DNA of 64,000 bases from Andalucia godoyi And28. Its lineage: Eukaryota; Protista; Jakobida. Where the stretch lies: NCBI GenBank assembly GCA_009859145.1, contig VRVR01000046.1, forward strand, positions 184,064-248,063, written 5' to 3'. The notes under the pieces were generated by a model. The model was given only the letters and a program-made list of their open reading frames with translations. It was not told the origin of the DNA and made no database searches. Below are positions 9,949-20,582 of this stretch, in pieces. The first letter of the stretch is position 1, and each line of letters begins with the position of its first letter. Position numbers and translations under genes: made by a program.

Positions 9949-12228
9949 TTACAAATCGAGAAGAATGTTGCTTCTGTCCTTTTCTTTGGGCTTCGGGGCT
10001 CCTGTCCCAAGTATCTCGTCGAACATGTTGGACGACACCGACCCGCTGATGGAATTCACACTCAGCGACGACGAACAAGAAGTGGACTGCGCGAGATGGG
10101 GATTCGAGTCGTCATCAAAACTGAGAAGACTGCTCGTAGCAATAGGTTGTGCCTCTTCCATCACCTGCTCCATCCCTTCGTCATCCGCATCGTCAGCATC
10201 CTCCACACTTGAAACATACGCAAAGAAGTTGGGAACAGAAAAATTGGCAGGTACCGAGCTGACGCGAGACGACTTTTCCAGCGGCTTCGAGAGCGTGTTC
10301 GGATCAAGAAGGTTCCTGCCGGAAGAGTCGCATTCCTTGTGGAACAGAGAAAACAGGGAATGACTGCCATAAAAGACCCCCCAGGCTTTCCCACGGAACA
10401 TCATGTGCTCGACAAATCCCGCAGGAGCACTCTGCGGACTGCCGCTCGAGGCGTCCCCTTCCCCTTCATCATTCAGCGACTGCGCAGAACTGCCTTTGAA
10501 CCTGTCCATCCACTTGGAGGCCTTCGCTTTCAACGTCGATTTCATGTCCTCCCACTTCTTCTCGACTTTCTCCTTTGTGGACGGACCGCTCTTTGCCTCA
10601 TCATCCTCCAAGGGAGCTGCGATTTCGTAAAACTGCGGAAAGGACTTGGAAGCAAGCAGGTCAATGGAGGAGTGTGGCGGGACGGAAAACGGATACTTGA
10701 ATGCGCCGTCGATCACACGGGACTCCCACGTCGCCCACATGTGCGTTTTGCACAGCTTCTTTAGCAGCATGGAAAACGGATGCTGTTGTGCAGGAGAGCC
10801 ACCGGAAGCAGTGGAGTACGAATTTGCAATATTCTGCGCTTCTACGGAGTGCTGACCATGGTACTGTATCAAGCGATCCACAGAGATTCTTCTTGAGGTC
10901 CAGTCAATGCAGTGTCTATAGGGTCCGAGCACATGTGTCCAAAACCGGAAGACGGACGCCTGTACAGTTTCCGATCTGAGTGTTTTTCTGGCCTGTCTCA
11001 TCTGTGCAGAGACATCTTTCAAAAGAGAAGAAAACATAACCAGCGCAGACCGGCGCAAGTGCTCAATTCCTTCAACCTTTCCCGAGTCGATCCGAATGTT
11101 CACAATCTGGCCGACTGCCCTTTTTGACGGTTGAATTGCCACGCAGGTGGAATACACAGTGTCCGGAACCCCAACGATTCCGCAAATATCAGAGGGAAGT
11201 GTTCTTGCCAGCATCGCCGAAACGACAGGATGCACGGTTCTCGATACGTCGAACGGTGACAGACACTGTTCAATCGCCAGCACAGTTTCCGCAATCAGAC
11301 CAATCTGGGGAAGTGGAGCCGAGACCACAACAAGTGTGTTCTCCAAACACAGGGTGGCGATGACACACATCAGATCCTCTGGGGCCATTCTCGAGAACGG
11401 GATGGAAAGGAACGCATGCGGCGCCAGCAGTGCAGGCCGATTCAGAGTCGCGCAGTACAAGAAACCAGGTGGATGCTGCATGTTCCTTTGCAGAGCACTT
11501 CTTCCACTGGAATTACGAATGCTTGTGCTTGACGACGACGGCGACAGGGAGTTTTGTGACGACGCCAGACTGTTGGAACTAGAAGACGCCGACACCACGG
11601 GAGAGTTGTTTCCACTTGCAGCTGTTCCGGACGCTTCCTTGCTCTTCCGAATCACGTCCGTCGCCCATACCGAAGACGTTGTTCCGTCGTGTGGCAACGG
11701 ACTCGCTATCAAGTCTCGAATGAAATCGCTTGCATATCCGACCTTTGCATTCAACAACGCATACGCGTGCAGCAGGACTTGCCGCATCACAAAGTACGCT
11801 CGATGCTTGCAAACAATGTATACACAGTGGCGTTCGGTGGCCGTCGCCCATCGCACAGCCGATCCGTACACGACACCCACCGCCGCCGCCCTTGACGAAT
11901 CCTCAAACACCTGATCGTCGAAATTTGCTTCAAACAGCGCATCTGGGTCCACCTCCCTTTTCTTGTCCTTTTGGATACTGACGGTCGCTGACTTTGTCTT
12001 CGCTGGCGCACTCAAATCAAGAGGAAATGAAAACGGGACCACAACCGGACGAGCTCGCGGCGCAGGAATTCCAATCGTCGCGAGCGAAAACACCAACGAA
12101 GAATGGCTGTACCTGCGATCAGAGGACCCAATTACGACCTTGTGAGAAAGCTGGTATGAAGGACTCGAGGCAGTCACGTACACTAAGGCCTCGGCGACCG
12201 CAACCGATGGATGATAAGAGACAGTCAT
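9949..12228 (-). CDS. DENN-domain protein (putative Rab GEF)
   Basis: uDENN/cDENN-like HCVYIVCKH; EDLMCVIATLCLENTLVVVS...QCLSPF...GIVGVP; dDENN-like VFRFWTHVLGPYR and LCKTHMWATW; low-complexity tail. Confidence 0.75.
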   Translation of the reverse strand: MTVSYHPSVAVAEALVYVTASSPSYQLSHKVVIGSSDRRYSHSSLVFSLATIGIPAPRARPVVVPFSFPLDLSAPAKTKSATVSIQKDKKREVDPDALFEANFDDQVFEDSSRAAAVGVVYGSAVRWATATERHCVYIVCKHRAYFVMRQVLLHAYALLNAKVGYASDFIRDLIASPLPHDGTTSSVWATDVIRKSKEASGTAASGNNSPVVSASSSSNSLASSQNSLSPSSSSTSIRNSSGRSALQRNMQHPPGFLYCATLNRPALLAPHAFLSIPFSRMAPEDLMCVIATLCLENTLVVVSAPLPQIGLIAETVLAIEQCLSPFDVSRTVHPVVSAMLARTLPSDICGIVGVPDTVYSTCVAIQPSKRAVGQIVNIRIDSGKVEGIEHLRRSALVMFSSLLKDVSAQMRQARKTLRSETVQASVFRFWTHVLGPYRHCIDWTSRRISVDRLIQYHGQHSVEAQNIANSYSTASGGSPAQQHPFSMLLKKLCKTHMWATWESRVIDGAFKYPFSVPPHSSIDLLASKSFPQFYEIAAPLEDDEAKSGPSTKEKVEKKWEDMKSTLKAKASKWMDRFKGSSAQSLNDEGEGDASSGSPQSAPAGFVEHMMFRGKAWGVFYGSHSLFSLFHKECDSSGRNLLDPNTLSKPLEKSSRVSSVPANFSVPNFFAYVSSVEDADDADDEGMEQVMEEAQPIATSSLLSFDDDSNPHLAQSTSCSSSLSVNSISGSVSSNMFDEILGTGAPKPKEKDRSNILLDL

Positions 12229-12786
12229 TCAGCCGTTTCTTCTTTTTTCTTTTCTTTTCTTTTCTTTTCGGGTTTCACTTTCCTATCCACTTGGCTCCTT
12301 CTATTCCCGTTCTTGTTCCAGCTCTTCCACAACCTCCCCTCTATCAAATCAGAACGAGGAAAAACAACAGTCACGCAACATACAGTTTATTCGTAAAAAA
12401 TAAAAATATAATTTAAAATTTAAAATATTAAACAAAAACCACGAAGAAGAATATGCCATCAACAATGAAGACGAGCAAACGCAACAACGACTGTCTCAGC
12501 ATAGGAGTACACAAAAGGCGAGTTGGGGCTGGACCCTTTGGGGTTGGTTCACGAGGCAGTCTATGAATGTCGACAACGGACTTTTCAAACTCCGTCAAAA
12601 AAAGCGACGGTTTTTCGTGGATGTTCTTTGAATTTTAATAATAATAATAATCATAATCATAATAATTTTTGTTGAGCTGTTGTTGTTATTGTTATTTTCG
12701 TGGTTGCAGCGAACGGACAAGGAGTGGTGCTGCAGGTGCATGCTGTGATCTGTGTACCTGCGGATGGAACATGCAAAGGTTGGAAG

Positions 12787-14631
12787 ATGAGTACGACACG
12801 GCCGAGTTTATTGTCGTATTTCTCGTCGTATGATATGAAGAAGCAGCGGAAGTCTGGGAGCGGAGGGTATGGGGAGGCTAGGTATCCGATGCTTCCGGAT
12901 GACGCAGATCGAGTGTTTGGTCCCGTTCAGACTCGTCCTGCTCGACAGACTTCTCAATTTCTAAAGAGGAATTTCACTCCGATTGCAGTCGAACTGCTCG
13001 CGCTGTTCACGTCGATTTTCAGTGTTGCACTGATCATCATCGTGGACCCGCAGCTCGGAACGTTTCACTGGATGTTTGCGATTGAGGTGTTGATTTTGAT
13101 TGAATGTTTGGGAGTGCTGGCAGCAATTTGGTTTGCACATGCGGTGTACACGAAACCAGTGAGTAAGTATCGGTCGGATCCCGGATTCGTCGACATGTTT
13201 TGGATCGAAACTGTGTTTTGGTACTTCATCGAATTGTCGTCGACGGTGGTCAGTCGACAGCGTTTTCAGTCCAAGTTGTCCTTGTACGAGCTGATGGCTG
13301 CCGCGTTTACCAACACCGACGAAACGATGAGTTGGCTGAGGTCGAGCTTTTCACAGCGGTTTCTGATGCAGTCGTTCGCCAATGAAGCTGAACCACCATC
13401 CGCAGAGGCCCAAAGAGCGCGAGCAGAGAGAATGGAAAAGACGATATCAAGCATGGAAGAGTGGGAAAAGAGACTCATGACTCCGTGGAAAGACCGCGGT
13501 CCCAATCTTGCCATCCTGCGGAATGTCCATGTGGCCAGACATGCGTGCTCCACATTCTACGAACACCGATGTCGCATTGGACGCATCGGACGGTGGTTTG
13601 CACTGTATCTTGTTGTGCATCGCGCATCCTGGATTCGATTATTATCGCTCGCGAGTCTGCGGTCATTTGCGGTTTCCCACGGTCACAGCGCCGATGTTGC
13701 GCAAGCCATCCAAGTGCTGTCTGTGCTGACAATTGCTCAAGGCGTGTCGTCGCTGATTTTGGATTTGTTGCTTATTCTGCACACCGCACTCATGGTTAGT
13801 GTCGTGGCATCGTCCCAGAAGGTATGTAAGCCTGCCACGACGGTTCCCGGTGCTTTGGATGGGTATCATCAGCTGCACGGAGTGATCATTCCTGCATTTT
13901 GCGGATCTTTGGGGCTCTCTCCGGCCTTCTCGCACCTCTCCACTGCACGGGTAGACGAGCCAACGATCGAGTCAATGCGGCCGTCGTCGCAGACTGTTCC
14001 ACCGCCCACGGCCACGCGTTTGCGGACGAGGTCGTCATCGAACCCAGAGGATCCTGACTACAGCGAGGATTCTGGGCTAGCAATTTCTGCAGCTCATTTC
14101 TTCCCTCAAGTGGTTGCGACTCCTTCAGATCCTTCAAGTAGACCTTCCCCGGCACGACGGCTCACTGCTACAGCCGGGTTTCCAAGCACCCGCGCAATGC
14201 AGTTGGGAATGATCCCGGACGCAGACCCTCGACTGGATGCTTCTCGTGTGCATTGGCTGTACGATCGCATTTTTTCGACAGCACTGTTCCATGAGTTTGG
14301 GACCTCTCCAGTTCATTACGGTGCCGCGATGCCGTCCGCAACCAACTTCCAGGTTTGTTCCTTCATGCGCTTTGTCGACAGCCTAGAGCCCATGTACTAT
14401 GACGATTTTTCCATTGTCAACGCGGACCTCCGAGTAATCTGGGTTCTCGAAGCACTTTCCGGCATGTGGAGTCTTGTCTGGGGCGAGGACGCTGTCGAGA
14501 TGCGAGTGGTTGTGTCTCATGTCATCAATCGACGGCTCATTTCCATCATTGATTCCATGGAATGGGACCCCGTTAATTTCGCTCCGCCCAGCCCAGAAGC
14601 CCTGCACCATGCTCTTTTGCATCCTGTGTGA
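12787..14631 (+). CDS. Hypothetical multi-pass membrane protein (614 aa)
   Basis: Long ORF with hydrophobic stretches (VELLALFTSIFSVALIIIV; MFAIEVLILIECLGVLAAIWF; VSSLILDLLLILHTALMVSVVA). No family recognised. Confidence 0.75.
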   Translation: MSTTRPSLLSYFSSYDMKKQRKSGSGGYGEARYPMLPDDADRVFGPVQTRPARQTSQFLKRNFTPIAVELLALFTSIFSVALIIIVDPQLGTFHWMFAIEVLILIECLGVLAAIWFAHAVYTKPVSKYRSDPGFVDMFWIETVFWYFIELSSTVVSRQRFQSKLSLYELMAAAFTNTDETMSWLRSSFSQRFLMQSFANEAEPPSAEAQRARAERMEKTISSMEEWEKRLMTPWKDRGPNLAILRNVHVARHACSTFYEHRCRIGRIGRWFALYLVVHRASWIRLLSLASLRSFAVSHGHSADVAQAIQVLSVLTIAQGVSSLILDLLLILHTALMVSVVASSQKVCKPATTVPGALDGYHQLHGVIIPAFCGSLGLSPAFSHLSTARVDEPTIESMRPSSQTVPPPTATRLRTRSSSNPEDPDYSEDSGLAISAAHFFPQVVATPSDPSSRPSPARRLTATAGFPSTRAMQLGMIPDADPRLDASRVHWLYDRIFSTALFHEFGTSPVHYGAAMPSATNFQVCSFMRFVDSLEPMYYDDFSIVNADLRVIWVLEALSGMWSLVWGEDAVEMRVVVSHVINRRLISIIDSMEWDPVNFAPPSPEALHHALLHPV

Positions 14632-15202
14632 CAGTATTCCTGCCCACCACCTCTCATCCACCCGGCACCCTTCTGTGTCTCCATTCGTTGTTCATAGTTC
14701 TTTCCTTTTATACTATTTTTTTATATAATAATGTTAAAAGATTAACGAGGCGTATCCAGCCGGGTCGCTGTGCATCGATCTCATGAAAAGCTGATGCATC
14801 GAGTTTTCTGACCGTGCGCATGTTCTTGGAGAGACTGCTGTGACCCAAGGGCTCCCCATGAGCTGGCGTCTCGAAATACGACCAGGGTTGTCCATGCTCC
14901 ACGGAGAAGGAGCCAGACAGTCCAACATTCCATGCAACAACACTCGCCTCCAAAGAAAAAAGAAAAAGGGAAAGAAAAAAAGGGAAAAAAGAAAGGGGCG
15001 GCGCGGCTGTAAATGAGCATTTTCCTTGACCCAAGCAATTTGACCCAATTTTCTGCATTCAAAATGCTCCTTTTTCCTTTCCTTTCTGTTTCCTTCTTTT
15101 CTTTTAGTTTCTTCGCCTTTTCCCGCTTGTTTCCTTTGCTTTCGTCGACTACTTTTCATACTTGTCCAGTGTGTTGTTTTATCCAACGTGCGACTTGAGG
15201 TG

Positions 15203-18200
15203 ATGTCAGAAAAGGTGGTTGAAAAAGCAGCTGCGCGTTCAGAAGACGATGCAGGAGGCGATGGTCTGCCGACTGACGAGGACGAGTACGACTTTGACAA
15301 CGACTCGGAGGGCAACATCAGCGACGATCCTGTGGACGCTGCAGACGAGGATCTTGTGGAGGCTTCTGGATCTTCTGAGAAGGTTGCGAAGCGCGCCGAC
15401 AAGGAAAATCGAAAGAGGGAGCGCAAGGAGTCGAGCCGAGACAAGCCGACAAAGAAGAAGAAACGTACGTTGTCGAGGTTCTTGGACATCGAAGCCGGTG
15501 AGGGTGACGAGGACGAGGACGAGGGGGATGATTTCAATGGGGAAAGCCGCGAGGTGAAGAAAAACGTTGATTATTTGAAACAAAAGTCGAGCGTGAAGGT
15601 TTACAGAACCGAAGAAGAGCTGTTGAGACACTTTGAAGAGGCGTATGGGCGTGATGACGATCGCGAAATTGATGTTCGTACGGGAAAGGTTCTCGTCAAG
15701 AGAAAGAAGGTTCCAGGGGCGTCTGTAGGAGCGTCCTCGGCGACTGGTGCTGGTCAGAAACAGTCCGCTGCTGTTGCCGCGCCGGCGAAAAGACCCGCGC
15801 CGAAAGTCGCGGAGGCAGCGAGTAGAGACCAGGACGAGGACGAGGAGGAAGACGAGGATCTGTCGCGCGCACGTGCCAATGTTGCCAATGAGCTCACTGG
15901 AGATTTGGACGTGGAGTCTGAGGATGAAATGGTGGAGGCCGAAGACCAGGATGAAGAGGAGGACGAAATTGCATTCGGCGCCGACTATGATGCGTATGGC
16001 CGTCGCTCAACTGTTGTGATGCGTGGGATTCCAAAAGGCGCAAAGTTGTTCATGGTGAAGTGCCGAATCGGACATGAAAGAGAGGCAGTGAAGCAGATCA
16101 TGGATCGATATGTGGGGAGATTGGGTACACAGGCACCGCTGTTGATCAACTCGGTTGTCCAGCGAGATCACATCAAGGCGTACATCTACGTGGAGGCGGA
16201 CAACGAATCGCATGTCAAGGCAGCTATCGAAGGTGTTGCAATTATCAATCCACGGTCGATTGCGATGGTGAAAGAAGAAGACATGGCTCGTATTTTGCAT
16301 GTTGTTTCACAGAGCACATCGGTGCAGCCCGGTGCATTCGTTCGAGTTAGACGCGGTGTGTACAAGAACGACCTTGGGCAGGTTTTGGACGTGCACCCAG
16401 AGTCGGACTCTCTGACTGTTCGCATAGTCCCTCGATTGGATCTCGATGAAATTGCCGAAGCCAAGGTGATTGGTACGTCGATGTCCAAGAAAAAGAAGAA
16501 GAGTTCTGCCCTCCGACCCCCTCAGCGCAAGTTTGATGCGGAGCAGGTCAGGCAACATGTGCGAGCCGGCAGCGCGATTGCGGAACCGTTTACAAAACGT
16601 CTTGATGGCAAGACGTACAACATTTTTATGGGACAGAAGTTCTTGGGAGGATTCTTGATCAAGACAATCAACATGCAAGCTTTGCAGGTTGTCGACGTGC
16701 AGCCGTCAATTGACGAACTTGCGCAGTTCCCTGCAGAATCCACCAAATCTTTTTCTGCGACCTCTAGAGAAAATGTTTCCCAGGGCAAGGGTGCTGATCG
16801 TTCGATGGATCTTAAGAAAGGAGAGGTTGTTCGGGTTGCGGAGGGAGATATGCAGAATCTGATCGCCGTTGTTGTCCAGTGGGTGTCCAAAGATACTGTC
16901 GAAATTGCGCCAAAAGACAAAACGCTGAAACTGCCATCGTTGATTCGAGCGAATGCTTCGCAGCTCCAGAAGTTTTTCGTTGTTTCCGATCGAGTTCGTG
17001 TGATTCGTGGAATCCACACCGGCGTTACGGGTCTCGTTACACATGTTGCCGGCGTGCGTGTACGATTGGTCCCCGATACGGATGTATCACAAGAGCTGTC
17101 CGTCTTTGCGAAGGATATTGAGCTCGCCGAACTTGCAGAGCTCAAGACAGGGTCGTCTGCACTTCCTGCGGGGGCCGCCGCAGCGCCGTCTTCAGGGTCA
17201 GCGGCGACGAAGCAGATCTTCAATTTTGCTATCGAGGATCCCGTTCGAATTGATGCAGACACCGTGGGCATTGTTCTTAGTGCAGATCAGGACGCATATG
17301 CTGTTCTGGATTCCTCCGGGCGGACTCGTCGCCTTCGAGGAGCCGAGTTGGGACAACCGCTTCTCCCCGATGCAAGCAAGCGGAAAGTTAAGTGCCCGCA
17401 TGCTGCAGATCACTTCTCGAACAAGATTTCGGCCAGCGATGTCGTTCGCATCGGTGCCGGACCCCACCGTGGGCAACTTGCAACGATCTTGTGGATTCAT
17501 CACAACACGGCCTTTTGCAAGGAGACGTCGATTGCTGTTGGCACCAAAGGAGTGATCTACGTGGTGCGTACGGAGGATGTTCAGTTGGTCGGCGGTCGTG
17601 TAACCCTGGATTCGCTGTCCACGCTGAGAGGACAGGGTGCAAGTGCAATGGGCAATGATCGTGATCCTTTGTTCAGAAAACGCGTGCGCATTGTTGGTGG
17701 CTGCCACAAGGGTCTGCAGGGACGTGTGTTGTTTGCATCGGAAGAAAAGGTGCGCATTGAAGTCGAGTCACGGACTGGTCCTCCATTGGAGGTGCTGAAG
17801 AAGGATGTTCGCGAGCTGACATTCAACGGAGACGGTTTGCAGACTTCGACACCGAACACGTATGGTAATATCTCTCAAGGCGGTGCCGCAGGGTACGGGC
17901 CGGCGGCAGGCTCGTTGGCCGGATATGGGACCGGCAGCCAAGGGTATGGGTCACAGTATGATGCTTTTGCGCAATCGCAAAGGAGTATGGGAGGAGCGAC
18001 TCCGTTTCATCCTTCCTCGAGTGCAAGCGGCATGGCATCCGCATTGTCGCAAGCCACATATGCACCGACGCCTGTCAGCGGCAGCACCGCGATTGGCAGC
18101 ATGACTGCGCCCACGGGGTATTATTCCCAAACCTACAACTCGGCCACTGGCATCTATGCCCAGTCTCAAACTCCTGCTGCGGGATATGCCAGCGGTTACA

Positions 18201-18622
18201 ACACCTATGCCCAATCCCACACTCCTGCGCCCAGCAGCTTTTACGCCGAAACTCCTGCACCTACCCAGCAGATGTCTATTCCGCCTGTGAACACGTATTT
18301 GCAAGGTGTTGAAGTCTCTCTCGGGGACGGAAGAACAGCCGTGGTTCGAGAGGTCGTTCCCGAAGAAGGGTCGTACCGTATCCAGCTGCTGGATTCGAGA
18401 GGCATGTATGGAGGTGAAATCATGTCGGTTCGCGGAGACTCTGTGTTGCTGACTGCTCCTCGCGTAAGAGGCTCTGTCAAGGTCATTGCAGGCTCGGAGG
18501 GTGTTGGACGCACGATGCGCTACGAAGGCCCGCTGCCCAACGATGATCAGAAACTCATCTTGCTCGATGGAAACAATTACGTCTTTATGCCTGCTGGTCT
18601 CATCGGAAACTATGTTGCTTAG
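15203..18622 (+). CDS. SPT5: Transcription elongation factor SPT5
   Basis: Acidic N-terminus with FLDIEAGE; NGN domain KLFMVKCRIGHERE...HIKAYIYVEA; KOWs (VRVRRGVYKNDLGQV, VRIVGGCHKGLQG); G/S/Y-rich CTR with TP repeats. Confidence 0.96.
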   Translation: MSEKVVEKAAARSEDDAGGDGLPTDEDEYDFDNDSEGNISDDPVDAADEDLVEASGSSEKVAKRADKENRKRERKESSRDKPTKKKKRTLSRFLDIEAGEGDEDEDEGDDFNGESREVKKNVDYLKQKSSVKVYRTEEELLRHFEEAYGRDDDREIDVRTGKVLVKRKKVPGASVGASSATGAGQKQSAAVAAPAKRPAPKVAEAASRDQDEDEEEDEDLSRARANVANELTGDLDVESEDEMVEAEDQDEEEDEIAFGADYDAYGRRSTVVMRGIPKGAKLFMVKCRIGHEREAVKQIMDRYVGRLGTQAPLLINSVVQRDHIKAYIYVEADNESHVKAAIEGVAIINPRSIAMVKEEDMARILHVVSQSTSVQPGAFVRVRRGVYKNDLGQVLDVHPESDSLTVRIVPRLDLDEIAEAKVIGTSMSKKKKKSSALRPPQRKFDAEQVRQHVRAGSAIAEPFTKRLDGKTYNIFMGQKFLGGFLIKTINMQALQVVDVQPSIDELAQFPAESTKSFSATSRENVSQGKGADRSMDLKKGEVVRVAEGDMQNLIAVVVQWVSKDTVEIAPKDKTLKLPSLIRANASQLQKFFVVSDRVRVIRGIHTGVTGLVTHVAGVRVRLVPDTDVSQELSVFAKDIELAELAELKTGSSALPAGAAAAPSSGSAATKQIFNFAIEDPVRIDADTVGIVLSADQDAYAVLDSSGRTRRLRGAELGQPLLPDASKRKVKCPHAADHFSNKISASDVVRIGAGPHRGQLATILWIHHNTAFCKETSIAVGTKGVIYVVRTEDVQLVGGRVTLDSLSTLRGQGASAMGNDRDPLFRKRVRIVGGCHKGLQGRVLFASEEKVRIEVESRTGPPLEVLKKDVRELTFNGDGLQTSTPNTYGNISQGGAAGYGPAAGSLAGYGTGSQGYGSQYDAFAQSQRSMGGATPFHPSSSASGMASALSQATYAPTPVSGSTAIGSMTAPTGYYSQTYNSATGIYAQSQTPAAGYASGYNTYAQSHTPAPSSFYAETPAPTQQMSIPPVNTYLQGVEVSLGDGRTAVVREVVPEEGSYRIQLLDSRGMYGGEIMSVRGDSVLLTAPRVRGSVKVIAGSEGVGRTMRYEGPLPNDDQKLILLDGNNYVFMPAGLIGNYVA

Positions 18623-18808
18623 CAGAATGATGCTCCGCGCTTCCTCGCCTTTCCTCTTTCTTTTTGTATCCAAACCTTTAGTACATCTATTATCTCTCTT
18701 CTTCTTTTTTTCCCCCCCTTCCCCGCCTTCTCTTCCTCACTCTACAGCCTTTGGTCTCATTCGTCTCTACAAAATGCACACCAATGTATTTTCATATAGC
18801 GACGGAGC

Positions 18809-19372
18809 TCATCTGGACTCCGGCGCGCCTTCTAGCGGGTCCCGTCCTTTCGTTTCGATGATCGCGACATCCGCGGAGGACGAACGAACCGCGGCGCGAT
18901 GTAGGTCCGGCGGCGCATACTCGGGCTCCACGGCCCGTTGAAGAAAGCCAGCAGAGTGAACAGGCCACACATTGCAGACGACTTTACCCTCGTACAAGCT
19001 CAGCGACACCGGGCCAAAATGCCTGGAATCACGACTTTGTGTCTTATTGTCGCCCTCGATCCACGCACAGTTCCGCGGAATTTCAACCCAACGGCCGCGC
19101 ACAAGCACCCGATCGCCTTCCATTGCGACAAGTCTCTTCACAATGCTCTTGCTGCGATCTTCTGGAGACCGAAAAACCACAACGTCTCCGCGGTCCGAAG
19201 ACGAAACCTTGCTAATCACGCTGACATTCACACCGTCTGTAAGCGTCGGCCACATGCTCGGCCCCGTCGACACGGCAAGCGTCCCCACGTTCGACTGGAA
19301 CACCTCAACGGCACTGATCGTCACCAACGCATACTTGCACGACGTGAATACCGTACGAACCAACCTCTGCAT
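18809..19372 (-). CDS. IMP1: Mitochondrial inner membrane peptidase subunit 1 (S26 family)
   Basis: TGPSMWPTL (catalytic Ser), RGDVVVFRSP, IVKRL (catalytic Lys), WIEGDN...SRDSRHFGPV; DSR rather than DSN favours IMP1. Confidence 0.88.
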   Translation of the reverse strand: MQRLVRTVFTSCKYALVTISAVEVFQSNVGTLAVSTGPSMWPTLTDGVNVSVISKVSSSDRGDVVVFRSPEDRSKSIVKRLVAMEGDRVLVRGRWVEIPRNCAWIEGDNKTQSRDSRHFGPVSLSLYEGKVVCNVWPVHSAGFLQRAVEPEYAPPDLHRAAVRSSSADVAIIETKGRDPLEGAPESR

Positions 19373-19492
19373 CCTATCATCCAAACAACCAACTCTCTCT
19401 CTCTCTCTCTCTCTCTCTCGCGGATGTGCGCAGGTTTTTTTTTTTTTTTGTTGTTGTTGGATGCGTGTCACTGCAGCATCAGCCCCCAAGCA

Positions 19493-20524
19493 TCAACTGG
19501 GATTTTTGCTGGAATCGACGACGGTCCAGGACGCCCGTAGTGGGCCGACTGGAAGGAATCCAAGGCTTCTGTACAGCCGGTTTGGAGCGACTTCGCGTGC
19601 GTCTGCGGCGAGGAATACGATGCTTGTCTGCGGATGATTGTGGTAGATGTCTCGAATGTACATTGCCAAAGCACGCTTCGTCACCCCCTTTCCTCGATGT
19701 GCAGGGCTCGTGTAGACTGCACGGATGCGTCTGCCATTCGGCGTCGGTCCGCCCGATAGGAAGAAGCCCACGGGTGCTCCACGATGCACCACCAACACTC
19801 CGTGAAACGACGGGTTCGCATCGCCTGCATGCATCTGCTGCATCACATCCGTCGCAATGCTCGACACCCGGTCTTTGAGCGCAGCCTCTCCTATATACAC
19901 GTAAAACTCTCTCATGAATTGCTCAATGTACGGTCGATACGCTTCGGAAAACAACTCCAGGCGCACTTCATCATCGTCCACGGCATCGGGGTGGCCATGA
20001 CGTCGATTGGTCGCTGCGTCGATGCACTGACGCAGCGTCGCATTGTCGCGGTGCACTTCATACACACACTCTGTCCGGTGGAGTTCATACGGAAACGCAC
20101 CTGCATGGCACTTTGCGAACCGATCGAGCACACCAAACGCCGCAGAAATTCTCAAAATCCTTCTCTTTTCGACTGCAACTACACGAGTAAACAGCGCATC
20201 GAATGCGCGATCGCACACTTCCTCGTCCTCATCTTTGCTGGTCTCGTCGCTGGAGCGGGGGAGGTGACGGCTGCGGGAGAGCGGACACGAAAATACCAGC
20301 GTATTCAGAAATACTTCGGATGCAACCATGATCGGCCGGACGCAGTTTTGATCGTCGTTGCTGTGCATTGGCAATCCAGCAACGTAATACTGCACTGCTC
20401 CGACATCCGCGACTTGCGCACTGGACCGCTTCCCCAGCAAAAGACAGTTCTGCGATTCATCATTCAAAAGCTCAGGAATCGGCTCGTCCACAACGCTCAC
20501 AATCAGCATGCCAAACTCACTCAT
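19493..20524 (-). CDS. GNAT-family N-acetyltransferase, bacterial FR47-like type
   Basis: Motif A IRAVYTSPAHRGKGVTKRAL and motif B VFLAADAREVAPNRLYRSLGF; N-terminal ELLNDESQNCLLLG. Confidence 0.85.
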   Translation of the reverse strand: MSEFGMLIVSVVDEPIPELLNDESQNCLLLGKRSSAQVADVGAVQYYVAGLPMHSNDDQNCVRPIMVASEVFLNTLVFSCPLSRSRHLPRSSDETSKDEDEEVCDRAFDALFTRVVAVEKRRILRISAAFGVLDRFAKCHAGAFPYELHRTECVYEVHRDNATLRQCIDAATNRRHGHPDAVDDDEVRLELFSEAYRPYIEQFMREFYVYIGEAALKDRVSSIATDVMQQMHAGDANPSFHGVLVVHRGAPVGFFLSGGPTPNGRRIRAVYTSPAHRGKGVTKRALAMYIRDIYHNHPQTSIVFLAADAREVAPNRLYRSLGFLPVGPLRASWTVVDSSKNPS

Positions 20525-20542
20525 ACCCACTCACTCACTCAC

Positions 20543-20582
<40 letters not shown>

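Noticed and set aside
1-18622. ELF1 and SPT5 (both Pol II elongation factors) within 15 kb
   Set aside because: Separated by eight unrelated genes; consistent with chance in a gene-dense genome.
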